A DNA stretch of 64,000 nucleotides from a virus. Its lineage: Duplodnaviria; Caudoviricetes. The stretch lies in IMG/VR virus record IMGVR_UViG_3300027566_000003; one strand, given 5' to 3'. Positions 1-8,825 of this stretch are shown here, piece by piece. The position numbers and the translations under genes are program-made. A model generated the notes under the pieces. That model searched no databases. It had not been told where the DNA came from and was given only the letters and a program-made list of their open reading frames with translations. Within the stretch, counting starts at the first letter, position 1; the number at the start of each line of letters is the position of its first letter.

Positions 1-784
1 ATCTGATAAGACACTTAAACAATACATAGATACATTGGTTGAATTGGATCTTATTAGATATGATTGTGCAGGAGATATGATATTCAATATTAATGGAGCA
101 CAACCTCTTAGAAGAAAATCTAATTTTACATATGCTTTATTTAAACCACAGTGGGAATTGGAGTTGGAACATGCAATATCTTTATTTAAAAGTAGGAAAA
201 AAGCTAATGGATGGGAGTTCTTAACTAAAGATAAAGAAATATCTGCAAACGAGAAAAGGTCTGTGACACAAAAAATAAATATGTTAGAGAAATTATCTAT
301 AGATTCTACATTGACTCAAACACAAAAGAAGGAATTAGCAAAATTAAAAAGACAGCAAGAAAAATGGAAAGTAGAATATGATAACGAAGTAGATATTAGA
401 AAACTTGAAGAAGATAAATTATTAGCAGATAACCCTAATCAAGAATTATCCGAGATATATACAAATATGGGATGTGAAAGAAAAGCAGATAGGGCATCTG
501 AAGATGAGGAAAAAAGAATTGAAGAATTAAACAAACCTAAACCCAGAGGACTTCAGAATAAGAATCCTAAACCACTACCCTTACCAGAAATAAGTGATGA
601 AGATTTAGATATGTTTGATTGTGATTGGAATAATGAAGAAAATGATTATTGGGATATTAATGAACTTACAGATGAAGAACAAAAATCATTACAAGAAATA
701 GAAGAATTAAATCGGTCACAAATACCTATAGATGTATTACAACAAATTGAGGATGAATTGAATGAAAGAAATGAGGATAAATGA
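1..784 (+). CDS. 5'-truncated hypothetical protein (possible winged-helix region, acidic C-terminus)
   Basis: The frame is open from base 2 (SDKTLKQYIDTLVELDLIRY), so the track start at 35 is internal; D/E-rich tail. Confidence 0.6.
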   Translation, partial: SDKTLKQYIDTLVELDLIRYDCAGDMIFNINGAQPLRRKSNFTYALFKPQWELELEHAISLFKSRKKANGWEFLTKDKEISANEKRSVTQKINMLEKLSIDSTLTQTQKKELAKLKRQQEKWKVEYDNEVDIRKLEEDKLLADNPNQELSEIYTNMGCERKADRASEDEEKRIEELNKPKPRGLQNKNPKPLPLPEISDEDLDMFDCDWNNEENDYWDINELTDEEQKSLQEIEELNRSQIPIDVLQQIEDELNERNEDK

Positions 785-795
785 TAAAATAAATA

Positions 796-825
796 TTGAC
801 ATATATGTTATAAATGATATATACT
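796..825 (+). promoter_or_regulatory. sigma-A-like promoter
   Basis: TTGACA at 796-801, then TG-N-TATATA / TATACT at 815-825, upstream of the 949 ORF. Confidence 0.6.
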
Positions 826-948
826 ACATATGGAGAAAATTCTTAAGAAAGGTTGGAATAATTTTGAGCGGATTTACATAACTAAACTCATTTTAAAGCC
901 ACATATAAATATGAAAATAAAATATAATTAAAAGGAGAAGAAAAATAA

Positions 949-1983
949 ATGGAACAAATAACAAAACTATCAGTAAATTCTCTAAAGGTTCACCCAAGAA
1001 ATCTAGAATTCTTTGATGATATTGAAGGTGATACATATAAACAATTTAAAAAGTCCATTCAAGAAGATGGTATTATTACCCCTATTGTAGTAGCACCTGA
1101 CATGGTAATAGTATCTGGCAACCAAAGATATAAAGCATGTGTTGACTTAGGTATAGAATTAATTCCTGCAATTATTAGGGAAGAACTTATTAATGAGGAT
1201 TTAAAACTTAGGCAATTAATAGCAGCTAACTTTGGTAGATTAAGTAATGATCCTGCCAAGATGAGGAAAGCTGTTGCTGAGTATGTTGATTTAGTTGGGA
1301 ATAAGAATGGAGGTGATAGAAAATCAGAATATCAAGATGATACTCTGAAAACACATAAAGAAATAGCAAAAGAATTAAATATATCTGTTCGTGATCTACA
1401 AAATATTCTATCGCTTGAACGAAACCTTATTCCAGAACTTAAACAAGCATTAGATAAAGGATTTATATCTAAAACAGCAGCACTAGGTATCTGTTCAAAA
1501 TTAGATCCATCAGAACAACAATCTCTACTCACAGAACTTACTTCTCTTTTAGGAGATAAAGCAAATACCAATCCTCAAAAAGATAAAGTATCAGCAACCA
1601 ACACTGATATTCAAAAACTTACTGAAGAGATAAAACCAATTAAGACAAACAAAAAAGATTATAGAAAATCAATTCCTCAGACTACAATTAAACATTTAAT
1701 AAATAAAACTAATGGAAAATGTGAAATTTGTCATTGGGGAGGAATAGGACTTGAAGGAATATTGATTCCACATCATATACATAAATATGCCGACACAGAA
1801 GATAATTCTATTGAAAATTTAATATTGATTTGTCCTAATTGTCACAATACTATACATACATTAGAAAATTGTAAAGATGAAAGAATGATTGAAATAATTA
1901 TAAGTAATATCGATTTAAAAATTAAAAATGATTTATTATATTATTGTAATATATTAAATAATAAATTAGAAAAAGTAATATAA
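949..1983 (+). CDS. ParB/Srx-like N-terminal domain protein with HTH and C-terminal HNH endonuclease
   Basis: LKVHPRN...SIQEDGIITPIVV...IVSGNQRYKA (ParB-N); C-terminal CEIC...PHHI...NLILICPNCH (HNH); RBS AAGGAG. Confidence 0.8.
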   Translation: MEQITKLSVNSLKVHPRNLEFFDDIEGDTYKQFKKSIQEDGIITPIVVAPDMVIVSGNQRYKACVDLGIELIPAIIREELINEDLKLRQLIAANFGRLSNDPAKMRKAVAEYVDLVGNKNGGDRKSEYQDDTLKTHKEIAKELNISVRDLQNILSLERNLIPELKQALDKGFISKTAALGICSKLDPSEQQSLLTELTSLLGDKANTNPQKDKVSATNTDIQKLTEEIKPIKTNKKDYRKSIPQTTIKHLINKTNGKCEICHWGGIGLEGILIPHHIHKYADTEDNSIENLILICPNCHNTIHTLENCKDERMIEIIISNIDLKIKNDLLYYCNILNNKLEKVI

Positions 1984-2013
1984 TAACCATAATAATATTA
2001 AGGAGAAAAATAA

Positions 2014-3798
2014 ATGAAAAAAGCATATGATGAAAACCACAAACTTATAGATATTATTGAGTCCCAATCCACATCAACATACACATGCCCTGTCTGTAAA
2101 GAAGTATTAACCCGTAACTTTGGTGCTCAAAGACAATTCTATTCACACCCTCCTAACGTTGACGCAACAAATTGTGAAATAAAAATGAAACTAATAATCA
2201 AAGAAGATAAATCTATCTTCCAACAATCTGATACAGATATTTTATCTACAGAGTTTTATAGTAAACAATTTGATGATGTAGAAGTAGAAATGTCTGATTA
2301 TATGTCAGAAGATGACTATTATTTAACTCAGGAGCAAAAGGATATTATCTTTAGTACAGAGGATAGGGTTAAGGTATCAGCTCTTACAGGGAGTAGTAAA
2401 TCTACGACCCTATATTACTATAGCAAAGAACACCCTTTCAGTAAAATTCTCTACCTAGTATATAACAAATCAATGCAATTAGAAAGTGAAAAAATGTTTA
2501 AATCACAACGACACGTAGAAATACGTACTATACATTCGCTCGGCTATAATTATTCTGGAAAATTCTATAGAGATAAATTGACATTTAATTATGGTGTTGT
2601 AGATATTATTAAAGATTTAAATCTTAATTGGGACAAAGATATGGAACTTGCAGTTAAGATCAACGCAATGATGAAGGAATACTCACTGTCGTCAGCAGAA
2701 ACTTTTAGTGACTTAGAAATATTTAAAGAAGATGATATGAGAGGTAAAATATTAGCATTAAGTGAAAGATTATGGGAACTTAAAAAGAAATATAAGAATT
2801 CTGTCAAAATTAGTCACGATGATTATTTGAAGATGTTTCATTTAAGTCGCACAGATTTATCAAACAAATATGATATTATTATGCTTGATGAATGTCAAGA
2901 TTCTTCTAAAATGATGTTTGATATACTTAAAAACTCTAATGTTAAAGGTCTTGTGACTGTAGGAGATCCTTATCAAAAAATTAATGGATGGAAAAAAGCG
3001 GTAAATATTATGCCAATGTTTGATGCTAAAGAATATAAACTCACAACATCATTTAGAGTATCTAATAATATTGCACATATAGAAAACCTAATCATATCAG
3101 ATTTCATTGGTGACAATATTAAAATGAAAGGATTTAATACCAAGCAAACAATAGTAGATGCTATAGATAAATCAAAACCTTATGCCTGTTTATGTAGAAC
3201 TAATGCTTACATATTTGCAGAAATTGCTGAAGTATTAAGCGAAGATAAAAATAAAAAGCTTTTCTTTGTTGGAGGTTTTTCATCTTATTCATTTGATTCA
3301 CTTAAACAATGCTATTATTTCAGCCAAGGTCATCCTACAAAGAATAAATTATTTGCTAAGTTTGAAGACTACCATACTATGAAAACGTATGCGGAGGAAA
3401 TTGAAGAAATTGAACTTTTATCATTGATTAGAATGGTAGATAAATATGGTTCACGTATTATTGATATTGTAGATGGAATTAAAAATAATACTGTTACAGA
3501 TAAAAATAAAGCTGATATTATATTTTCGACATGTCACAAGGCGAAAGGTCTTACTATAGACACTCCTGTTTATATTAGTAATGATCATCTAGATTTAGAA
3601 GTTACTTATAGAAATAAATATTTTAAAAAAGAAGAGGATTTTAATGATAAAAAGAAGGTTAAAAAAGATATATCAGAGGAAATTTTTATCATATATGTTG
3701 CAATAAGTCGTTGTAAGGGTCAAATAGAACTCAGCGATAGTATTAAACGATATTTACTAATGAGATATAAAGACATGGGACACGAATTACATAATTAA
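2014..3798 (+). CDS. UvrD/SF1-like DNA helicase with N-terminal zinc finger
   Basis: ALTGSSKST (Walker A-like), LYLVYNKS, MLDECQD, VGDPYQKI, LTTSFR, STCHKAKGL, YVAISR; N-terminal YTCPVC...HPP. Confidence 0.85.
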   Translation: MKKAYDENHKLIDIIESQSTSTYTCPVCKEVLTRNFGAQRQFYSHPPNVDATNCEIKMKLIIKEDKSIFQQSDTDILSTEFYSKQFDDVEVEMSDYMSEDDYYLTQEQKDIIFSTEDRVKVSALTGSSKSTTLYYYSKEHPFSKILYLVYNKSMQLESEKMFKSQRHVEIRTIHSLGYNYSGKFYRDKLTFNYGVVDIIKDLNLNWDKDMELAVKINAMMKEYSLSSAETFSDLEIFKEDDMRGKILALSERLWELKKKYKNSVKISHDDYLKMFHLSRTDLSNKYDIIMLDECQDSSKMMFDILKNSNVKGLVTVGDPYQKINGWKKAVNIMPMFDAKEYKLTTSFRVSNNIAHIENLIISDFIGDNIKMKGFNTKQTIVDAIDKSKPYACLCRTNAYIFAEIAEVLSEDKNKKLFFVGGFSSYSFDSLKQCYYFSQGHPTKNKLFAKFEDYHTMKTYAEEIEEIELLSLIRMVDKYGSRIIDIVDGIKNNTVTDKNKADIIFSTCHKAKGLTIDTPVYISNDHLDLEVTYRNKYFKKEEDFNDKKKVKKDISEEIFIIYVAISRCKGQIELSDSIKRYLLMRYKDMGHELHN

Positions 3799-3829
3799 TC
3801 TCCTATAAGTACAAAAATAAAATATTTTC

Positions 3830-3858
3830 TTGACATTAAGTACACAGAATGTTAAATT
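3830..3858 (+). promoter_or_regulatory. sigma-A-like promoter
   Basis: TTGACA 3830-3835, 17-nt spacer, TG-N-TAAATT 3850-3858. Confidence 0.55.
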
Positions 3859-3995
3859 AGATATATACCAATCCAATCCAAATACCACATCACATACACA
3901 GATAAGGGACGGGGTATGTTTACAATTCATACCCACACAAACAATCATACCTATCCCCTACTCTAAATTTTACATAGAAAAGAGGTGATGAAAAT

Positions 3996-4268
3996 ATGAT
4001 TACTGCCCAAGAAAAAGGATATCAAATTACTTATAATGTTGAAAATGAACAATGGATCTATGTTGACACTAAAGAACCTGTAGAAAATAATCCAAGACCA
4101 TGTAAAAGATGTGGACAATTACCAACTAAAGAAGGTTATGATGCTTGTTTAGGTAAATTACCAGGAGTTAAAAATGCTTGTTGTGGTCACGGGTATGAAG
4201 ATGGATATATAATGTTTGAGGATGGTACTACAATTAGAGGTAATTTTAAAGTTGATAAGAAAAGATAA
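3996..4268 (+). CDS. small Cys-rich phage protein
   Basis: CKRCG, DACLG, NACCGHG motifs; RBS GAGGTG. Confidence 0.7.
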   Translation: MITAQEKGYQITYNVENEQWIYVDTKEPVENNPRPCKRCGQLPTKEGYDACLGKLPGVKNACCGHGYEDGYIMFEDGTTIRGNFKVDKKR

Positions 4269-4296
4269 TTAAAATAATAAAAGAGGTGAAAATAAA

Positions 4297-4698
4297 ATTT
4301 ACAAATACATTGGAACTTATTACATAGAACATCAGACCAATTTAGATGGTAAAATATCAAAAAATAAAGATGATAATTACCTTAAATTCAAAAACAATCA
4401 AATATATCGTTATTCTGATTCTATATTAGCAATGTTTCTTCCATCTGGAGCAAGTACAGTAAATAATCTAATGCCAAAATTTGAATCAGCAGGTATAAAA
4501 GTATGGGAATATATTAGTAGCGAAGTTTGTGAAGAAGCGGTTCTTTTGTTTAATGAAGAAAATATACATAATGTACATAAAATCGTTAAAATTCAAACTA
4601 TGGGTAGTAATCAGCAACTTAAAGATTATAAATTAAAATTAAAAGCGGATAAACTAAAAGCAAAACTTAAAGAAGAATTTGATAAAGGTAAAAAATAA
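4297..4698 (+). CDS. hypothetical phage protein, probable ATT start upstream of the track start at 4432
   Basis: Frame open from 4273; RBS GAGGTG lies just upstream of ATT at 4297 (IYKYIGTYYIEHQ...); no RBS near 4432. Confidence 0.55.
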   Translation: MYKYIGTYYIEHQTNLDGKISKNKDDNYLKFKNNQIYRYSDSILAMFLPSGASTVNNLMPKFESAGIKVWEYISSEVCEEAVLLFNEENIHNVHKIVKIQTMGSNQQLKDYKLKLKADKLKAKLKEEFDKGKK

Positions 4699-4986
4699 AT
4701 ATAACTAAAATGTAAGATATATAACAAATCAATAATTATAGACCCTATAATCTTTTGATGTTTTGATTTGACACAATCTTACCATTGACTAATTTAAACT
4801 CAACCTAGACTGAAATATATGCAATGTGTAATAATTCTAAATAACACGTATTCCCACTCTCATAAGGGTTTCAAGGTTTTATTAGAATTATTATAAATAA
4901 TCAATTTTCTTTAACTTAACCCTAATATTTTCTTAGATTTTGTATAAGAATAAAAATAAAATAATAAATAGAAAGAGGTTTTACAA

Positions 4987-5406
4987 ATGCAATCAATTTT
5001 GTTAAAAGGTCAAGTTATTTTAGATGAGAATGATTTATCAAGAATGAATTATCTTATCCACTGTCCTAGTACAAATAAAGAAGTGTCACTTACAGATATA
5101 TTAGATATAATTTACAATTCTAAAAATGCTATTAAGAAATTAGTAAGAATTTGCGGTAAGGTTTGTGTCAATGGGCATTCAATAAGCAGAATTAAAGAAT
5201 TAAATGGGTTTGAAGGTTTATACATAAAAGAGGATAAATATCATACACAATCTTATCATATTGGTAACTTTCCTGTTGAAAATGAGTTGTTTGAGTTAAT
5301 TGGAGAAGAAATTGAATTGATACTGGAAGATTACACAAATTCTATTAGTGAGTTTATTACAGCTTCGGAGGACGTTACAGATGACACAGCAACAAAGACA
5401 GCATAA
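4987..5406 (+). CDS. hypothetical protein
   Basis: 139-aa ORF, RBS GAGG. Confidence 0.65.
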   Translation: MQSILLKGQVILDENDLSRMNYLIHCPSTNKEVSLTDILDIIYNSKNAIKKLVRICGKVCVNGHSISRIKELNGFEGLYIKEDKYHTQSYHIGNFPVENELFELIGEEIELILEDYTNSISEFITASEDVTDDTATKTA

Positions 5407-5590
5407 TATTTCAGCAGTTTGTGATAATAGTAATAATATAGAATTAGATTATGTAGAAGAGGAATGTTCTTCGTGCTATAAACATATGACAAATATAAAG
5501 TACATATATGTTGATTTAGATTCGGGTAACTATTTATGTAAGTCGTGTTCAAAGGATTATAATAATGTTGTAAAATGTATGGATCTATAG
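5381..5590 (+). CDS. small zinc-finger protein
   Basis: RBS GGAGG at 5367 before ATG 5381; CSSC...CKSC. Confidence 0.6.
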   Translation: MTQQQRQHNISAVCDNSNNIELDYVEEECSSCYKHMTNIKYIYVDLDSGNYLCKSCSKDYNNVVKCMDL

Positions 5591-5602
5591 GAGAAAATAA
5601 TA

Positions 5603-5863
5603 ATGAAAAGTAACTGCTTATTAGGAGCAATGAAGCAATATATAAAACACCCATTGAGTACAAAGATACATATGCGTGGTTCATGGTTAGAAGTATTTCA
5701 ATTTAAATGGCCTCATTTTTATTGGTTGGATTTGAGAGATAATAATAATTATTATCATTTTTGTGCTAGGTATTCAGATGAACCATTTGTAAATCAGATT
5801 TGGTTTCAGGGTGAGGTTAAGAGGTTTGGTTGGCATGGTAAGAGTAAAAGAAAGGAGATGTAA
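5603..5863 (+). CDS. hypothetical protein
   Basis: 86-aa ORF, RBS AGGAG, aromatic-rich (WPHFYW). Confidence 0.65.
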   Translation: MKSNCLLGAMKQYIKHPLSTKIHMRGSWLEVFQFKWPHFYWLDLRDNNNYYHFCARYSDEPFVNQIWFQGEVKRFGWHGKSKRKEM

Positions 5864-5871
5864 ACTGTATT

Positions 5872-5982
5872 ATGAATCAAGTTATTATATTAAAGTGGCA
5901 TATTATACCATTAGATAAATGTGATGATGTTAGGATTGGGCAAATGTATTGTATGAAAAATTGCGAGAAAAGTCCAAATTAG
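5872..5982 (+). CDS. 36-aa hypothetical peptide (not in the ORF track)
   Basis: RBS AAGGAG, then ATG 5872; MNQVIILKWHIIPLDKCDDVRIGQMYCMKNCEKSPN. Confidence 0.35.
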   Translation: MNQVIILKWHIIPLDKCDDVRIGQMYCMKNCEKSPN

Positions 5983-6085
5983 AATAATAGTTAAAAGATC
6001 AATTTTATATGGTTATTGGGAGAGTTTTGTACTCTCCTACCCCTGTTTAGTTTAGATAATAATATAATAAGGAGTAATATAATAT

Positions 6086-6526
6086 ATGCTTTTATGTTTA
6101 AATTGCTATAAAGTTTATAACCAAAAGACAATAAAGAATAACATGTGTAAGGTTAAAGATTGCTACGGAGATGTTGTAGAAGTTGATGAATTATTTGTAC
6201 CAATTATTGCAGAGTTGAATAGAAAAGGTTATGAGACTAGATACTGTTGTAGCGGTCATGTTGCTGGAAATGGTGGTTTGCATAGTTATATATACTTTGA
6301 AGATTATACTTCTCTTCCTTGCTTGCCTGAAGGATATAAGCATGATCAAGATATGTATCCTCATATTAAATTCGATGAAGGAAAAGTTTCAATTCTAAGA
6401 TATTTTGATGAAAAATTAAGTCTTATGGAGTTGAGTAAACAACTTTATAAAAACGCAATTGTTGTGTTGGAATGGGTAGAGGGTTTAGAAGAGTATAATA
6501 AGAAAGACGGAGGAATAATTAATTGA
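6086..6526 (+). CDS. hypothetical phage protein (Cys/His motifs)
   Basis: CLNC...C...C and LNRKGYETRYCCSGH; RBS AAGGAG. Confidence 0.7.
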   Translation: MLLCLNCYKVYNQKTIKNNMCKVKDCYGDVVEVDELFVPIIAELNRKGYETRYCCSGHVAGNGGLHSYIYFEDYTSLPCLPEGYKHDQDMYPHIKFDEGKVSILRYFDEKLSLMELSKQLYKNAIVVLEWVEGLEEYNKKDGGIIN

Positions 6527-8814
6527 TTAACAGCGATGTACAATTATTTTGGGCAAATAATGAGAATGGTGATATTGCAATTATATTTGATATGGTAGAA
6601 GAAGATAGGAATAAGAAATACACATGTCCAGTTTGCGGATCAGATGTCAAACCTGTTGCTTTAGAAGGAAAAACAAAAGATGGTAAGGTAGCGCAAGTAT
6701 CTGCTCATTTCTCTCATTATGATGCTAGTAAATGTAGTAACGAGTCAGCGATCCACTACTGGTTCAAGAATAAAATATTACTCAATGGAGATAGTTTTAT
6801 TATTAAGACAGATGTTGAGAATAAATATAAATGTAAAGAAGTGTTGATTGAACAATTTTATAGAACTGAGTTTGGTATTTATAGACCTGATATTACCATC
6901 ATTACTGAGTGTGGTAAAAGTATTTACTTTGAAATGAATTATACTAACAAGAAGAAAGTAGAAGACTATATGGATAAGTGGTTAGAACTAGGCAATCCAG
7001 TGGTAGAAGTTGATATTAAGATGCTCATGGATGCAAGTTTTAACAAAAACACATACGAATTTAGAGCATTGTTTTATGAAGGTAAGTGTTTTAATACTAA
7101 GAAGAATGATTTGTATTATGATACTGTTGGACAATTTAAAGAAAGAATATGTAAAAACAATATTATTGACAATGAAATAAGGGAAAGAATTAAAAAACTT
7201 GATTGGTTTTGGTTGGAAACAATAAATTATAAAAGAGGAGAAACCAATATTGAGCAGTTGGTCGATTATATTGATTATGCTGAACATGATGAAAAGGATC
7301 TAATTTTCATGATATTATCTAAAAAGAGATGTGTCCCGATATATGAAGATTATATTAATTATAAGGTTGATTTGTTTGAGAAGTTAGCAATTGATTATTA
7401 TGGTAATTTTCAAAATGGTGTTTATGAGGAATATTTTATAATTGAAAAAATAAAAGAGGGGAAAAAGTATAAAAATATAAAATATAATACTATACAAATT
7501 AAAAACACATATTCTCCAGAATTAATTTTGATTTTTAATTTAATTAAATACACCAAAGAAGAATACTTAATTAAAATATATGATAATATTAATGTTATTA
7601 TTAAATTAATTCCACATTATGATAGATTTGATGAAATTTTATCTATACTGAAGGTGAAATATAATAGTGTGCCAAATTCAAAAGACCTAAAATTTTTTGC
7701 TTCGAAGAATGGAAGTTCATGTGAAATATCTTTGTATGCTAAGTCTAATTGGTATTATGACTATTATGATACTAAATATGCTTCAATTTATATTAATAAA
7801 AATAGTGTCAAGTATGAATATACAATTCATATCAATAAAGATAATAAGAAATATTTTGACAAAATAATTGATATGGATATATTAGATAAAAATAATGAAG
7901 TCAAAATGATTAAATTTATATCTGAAACTATTGATAAGGGGTTAGTGAGATATAATCAATATTTAATTAAAAAAGAAAATATAGAGAAGGAAAAACAATT
8001 TGAATTACTAAAAAAAGAAGAGCGAGAAAAAGAGGAGCAAGAGAAAATATTATTAGAAATTAAACAAGAAAAAATTACATTCAATAATATTTTGCTTAAA
8101 ATTATTCAAATATTTGAAGATAATAAAGATATTATTGTCGAATATAAATATAATTATTTTGTTGATAAACTTTTTGATAATTTATTATATTTTAAGGATC
8201 GTAATAATAAAGAATTTATTATTTACAGTGATTATTACTTACATAAAATTAACTGTGATAAGAGATCATATTATAGTCCTTATTTCAAACAGTGTCTTTA
8301 TAATAGTAAATGTGGAATCATTCAAATTAGTAGTAAAATTGATATAAGTGATGAAATTTATATAATGAATTTAATGAATTCCTATAAAATATCAAATAAA
8401 ATAGATATGCTGAATTATAAATTCCCAATTTATTTCAAGAACCCTAAAATTAATCTATCATTTAGAGATATGGGGTATAGTACAAAGAACTTGCCAAGAT
8501 ATAATTTTTTAAATGCAACACAGCAAATAAATAATATTCTTAAAGAAATATCATATATTAAATTCAAATTTTTAAACGACAAAAAAGATAGTAATATATA
8601 TTACTTGGAAACCACAGATGAAAATATTAATAATAAAATATACAAAGCACTTTATCCAATGATTTATTTGGCAGAGAAAAATCAAAATGATGTATTGAAT
8701 ATTAAACTCAATATAGATTTTACTTATGACGTAATAAAACAACCTTGGTTAATTAAAGAATTTATAGAAGCTCTAGAAAAACTAGGTATACATAACGTAC
8801 ATAACATAATTTAA
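6523..8814 (+). CDS. CoiA-like zinc-finger / PD-(D/E)xK nuclease-domain protein
   Basis: YTCPVC...HFSH...C..ESAIH (CoiA-N-like); YRPDITI...IYFEMNYTNKK (PD-(D/E)xK-like); ATGA-type overlap with the upstream gene. Confidence 0.65.
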   Translation: MINSDVQLFWANNENGDIAIIFDMVEEDRNKKYTCPVCGSDVKPVALEGKTKDGKVAQVSAHFSHYDASKCSNESAIHYWFKNKILLNGDSFIIKTDVENKYKCKEVLIEQFYRTEFGIYRPDITIITECGKSIYFEMNYTNKKKVEDYMDKWLELGNPVVEVDIKMLMDASFNKNTYEFRALFYEGKCFNTKKNDLYYDTVGQFKERICKNNIIDNEIRERIKKLDWFWLETINYKRGETNIEQLVDYIDYAEHDEKDLIFMILSKKRCVPIYEDYINYKVDLFEKLAIDYYGNFQNGVYEEYFIIEKIKEGKKYKNIKYNTIQIKNTYSPELILIFNLIKYTKEEYLIKIYDNINVIIKLIPHYDRFDEILSILKVKYNSVPNSKDLKFFASKNGSSCEISLYAKSNWYYDYYDTKYASIYINKNSVKYEYTIHINKDNKKYFDKIIDMDILDKNNEVKMIKFISETIDKGLVRYNQYLIKKENIEKEKQFELLKKEEREKEEQEKILLEIKQEKITFNNILLKIIQIFEDNKDIIVEYKYNYFVDKLFDNLLYFKDRNNKEFIIYSDYYLHKINCDKRSYYSPYFKQCLYNSKCGIIQISSKIDISDEIYIMNLMNSYKISNKIDMLNYKFPIYFKNPKINLSFRDMGYSTKNLPRYNFLNATQQINNILKEISYIKFKFLNDKKDSNIYYLETTDENINNKIYKALYPMIYLAEKNQNDVLNIKLNIDFTYDVIKQPWLIKEFIEALEKLGIHNVHNII

Positions 8815-8825
8815 GGAGGAGTAAC

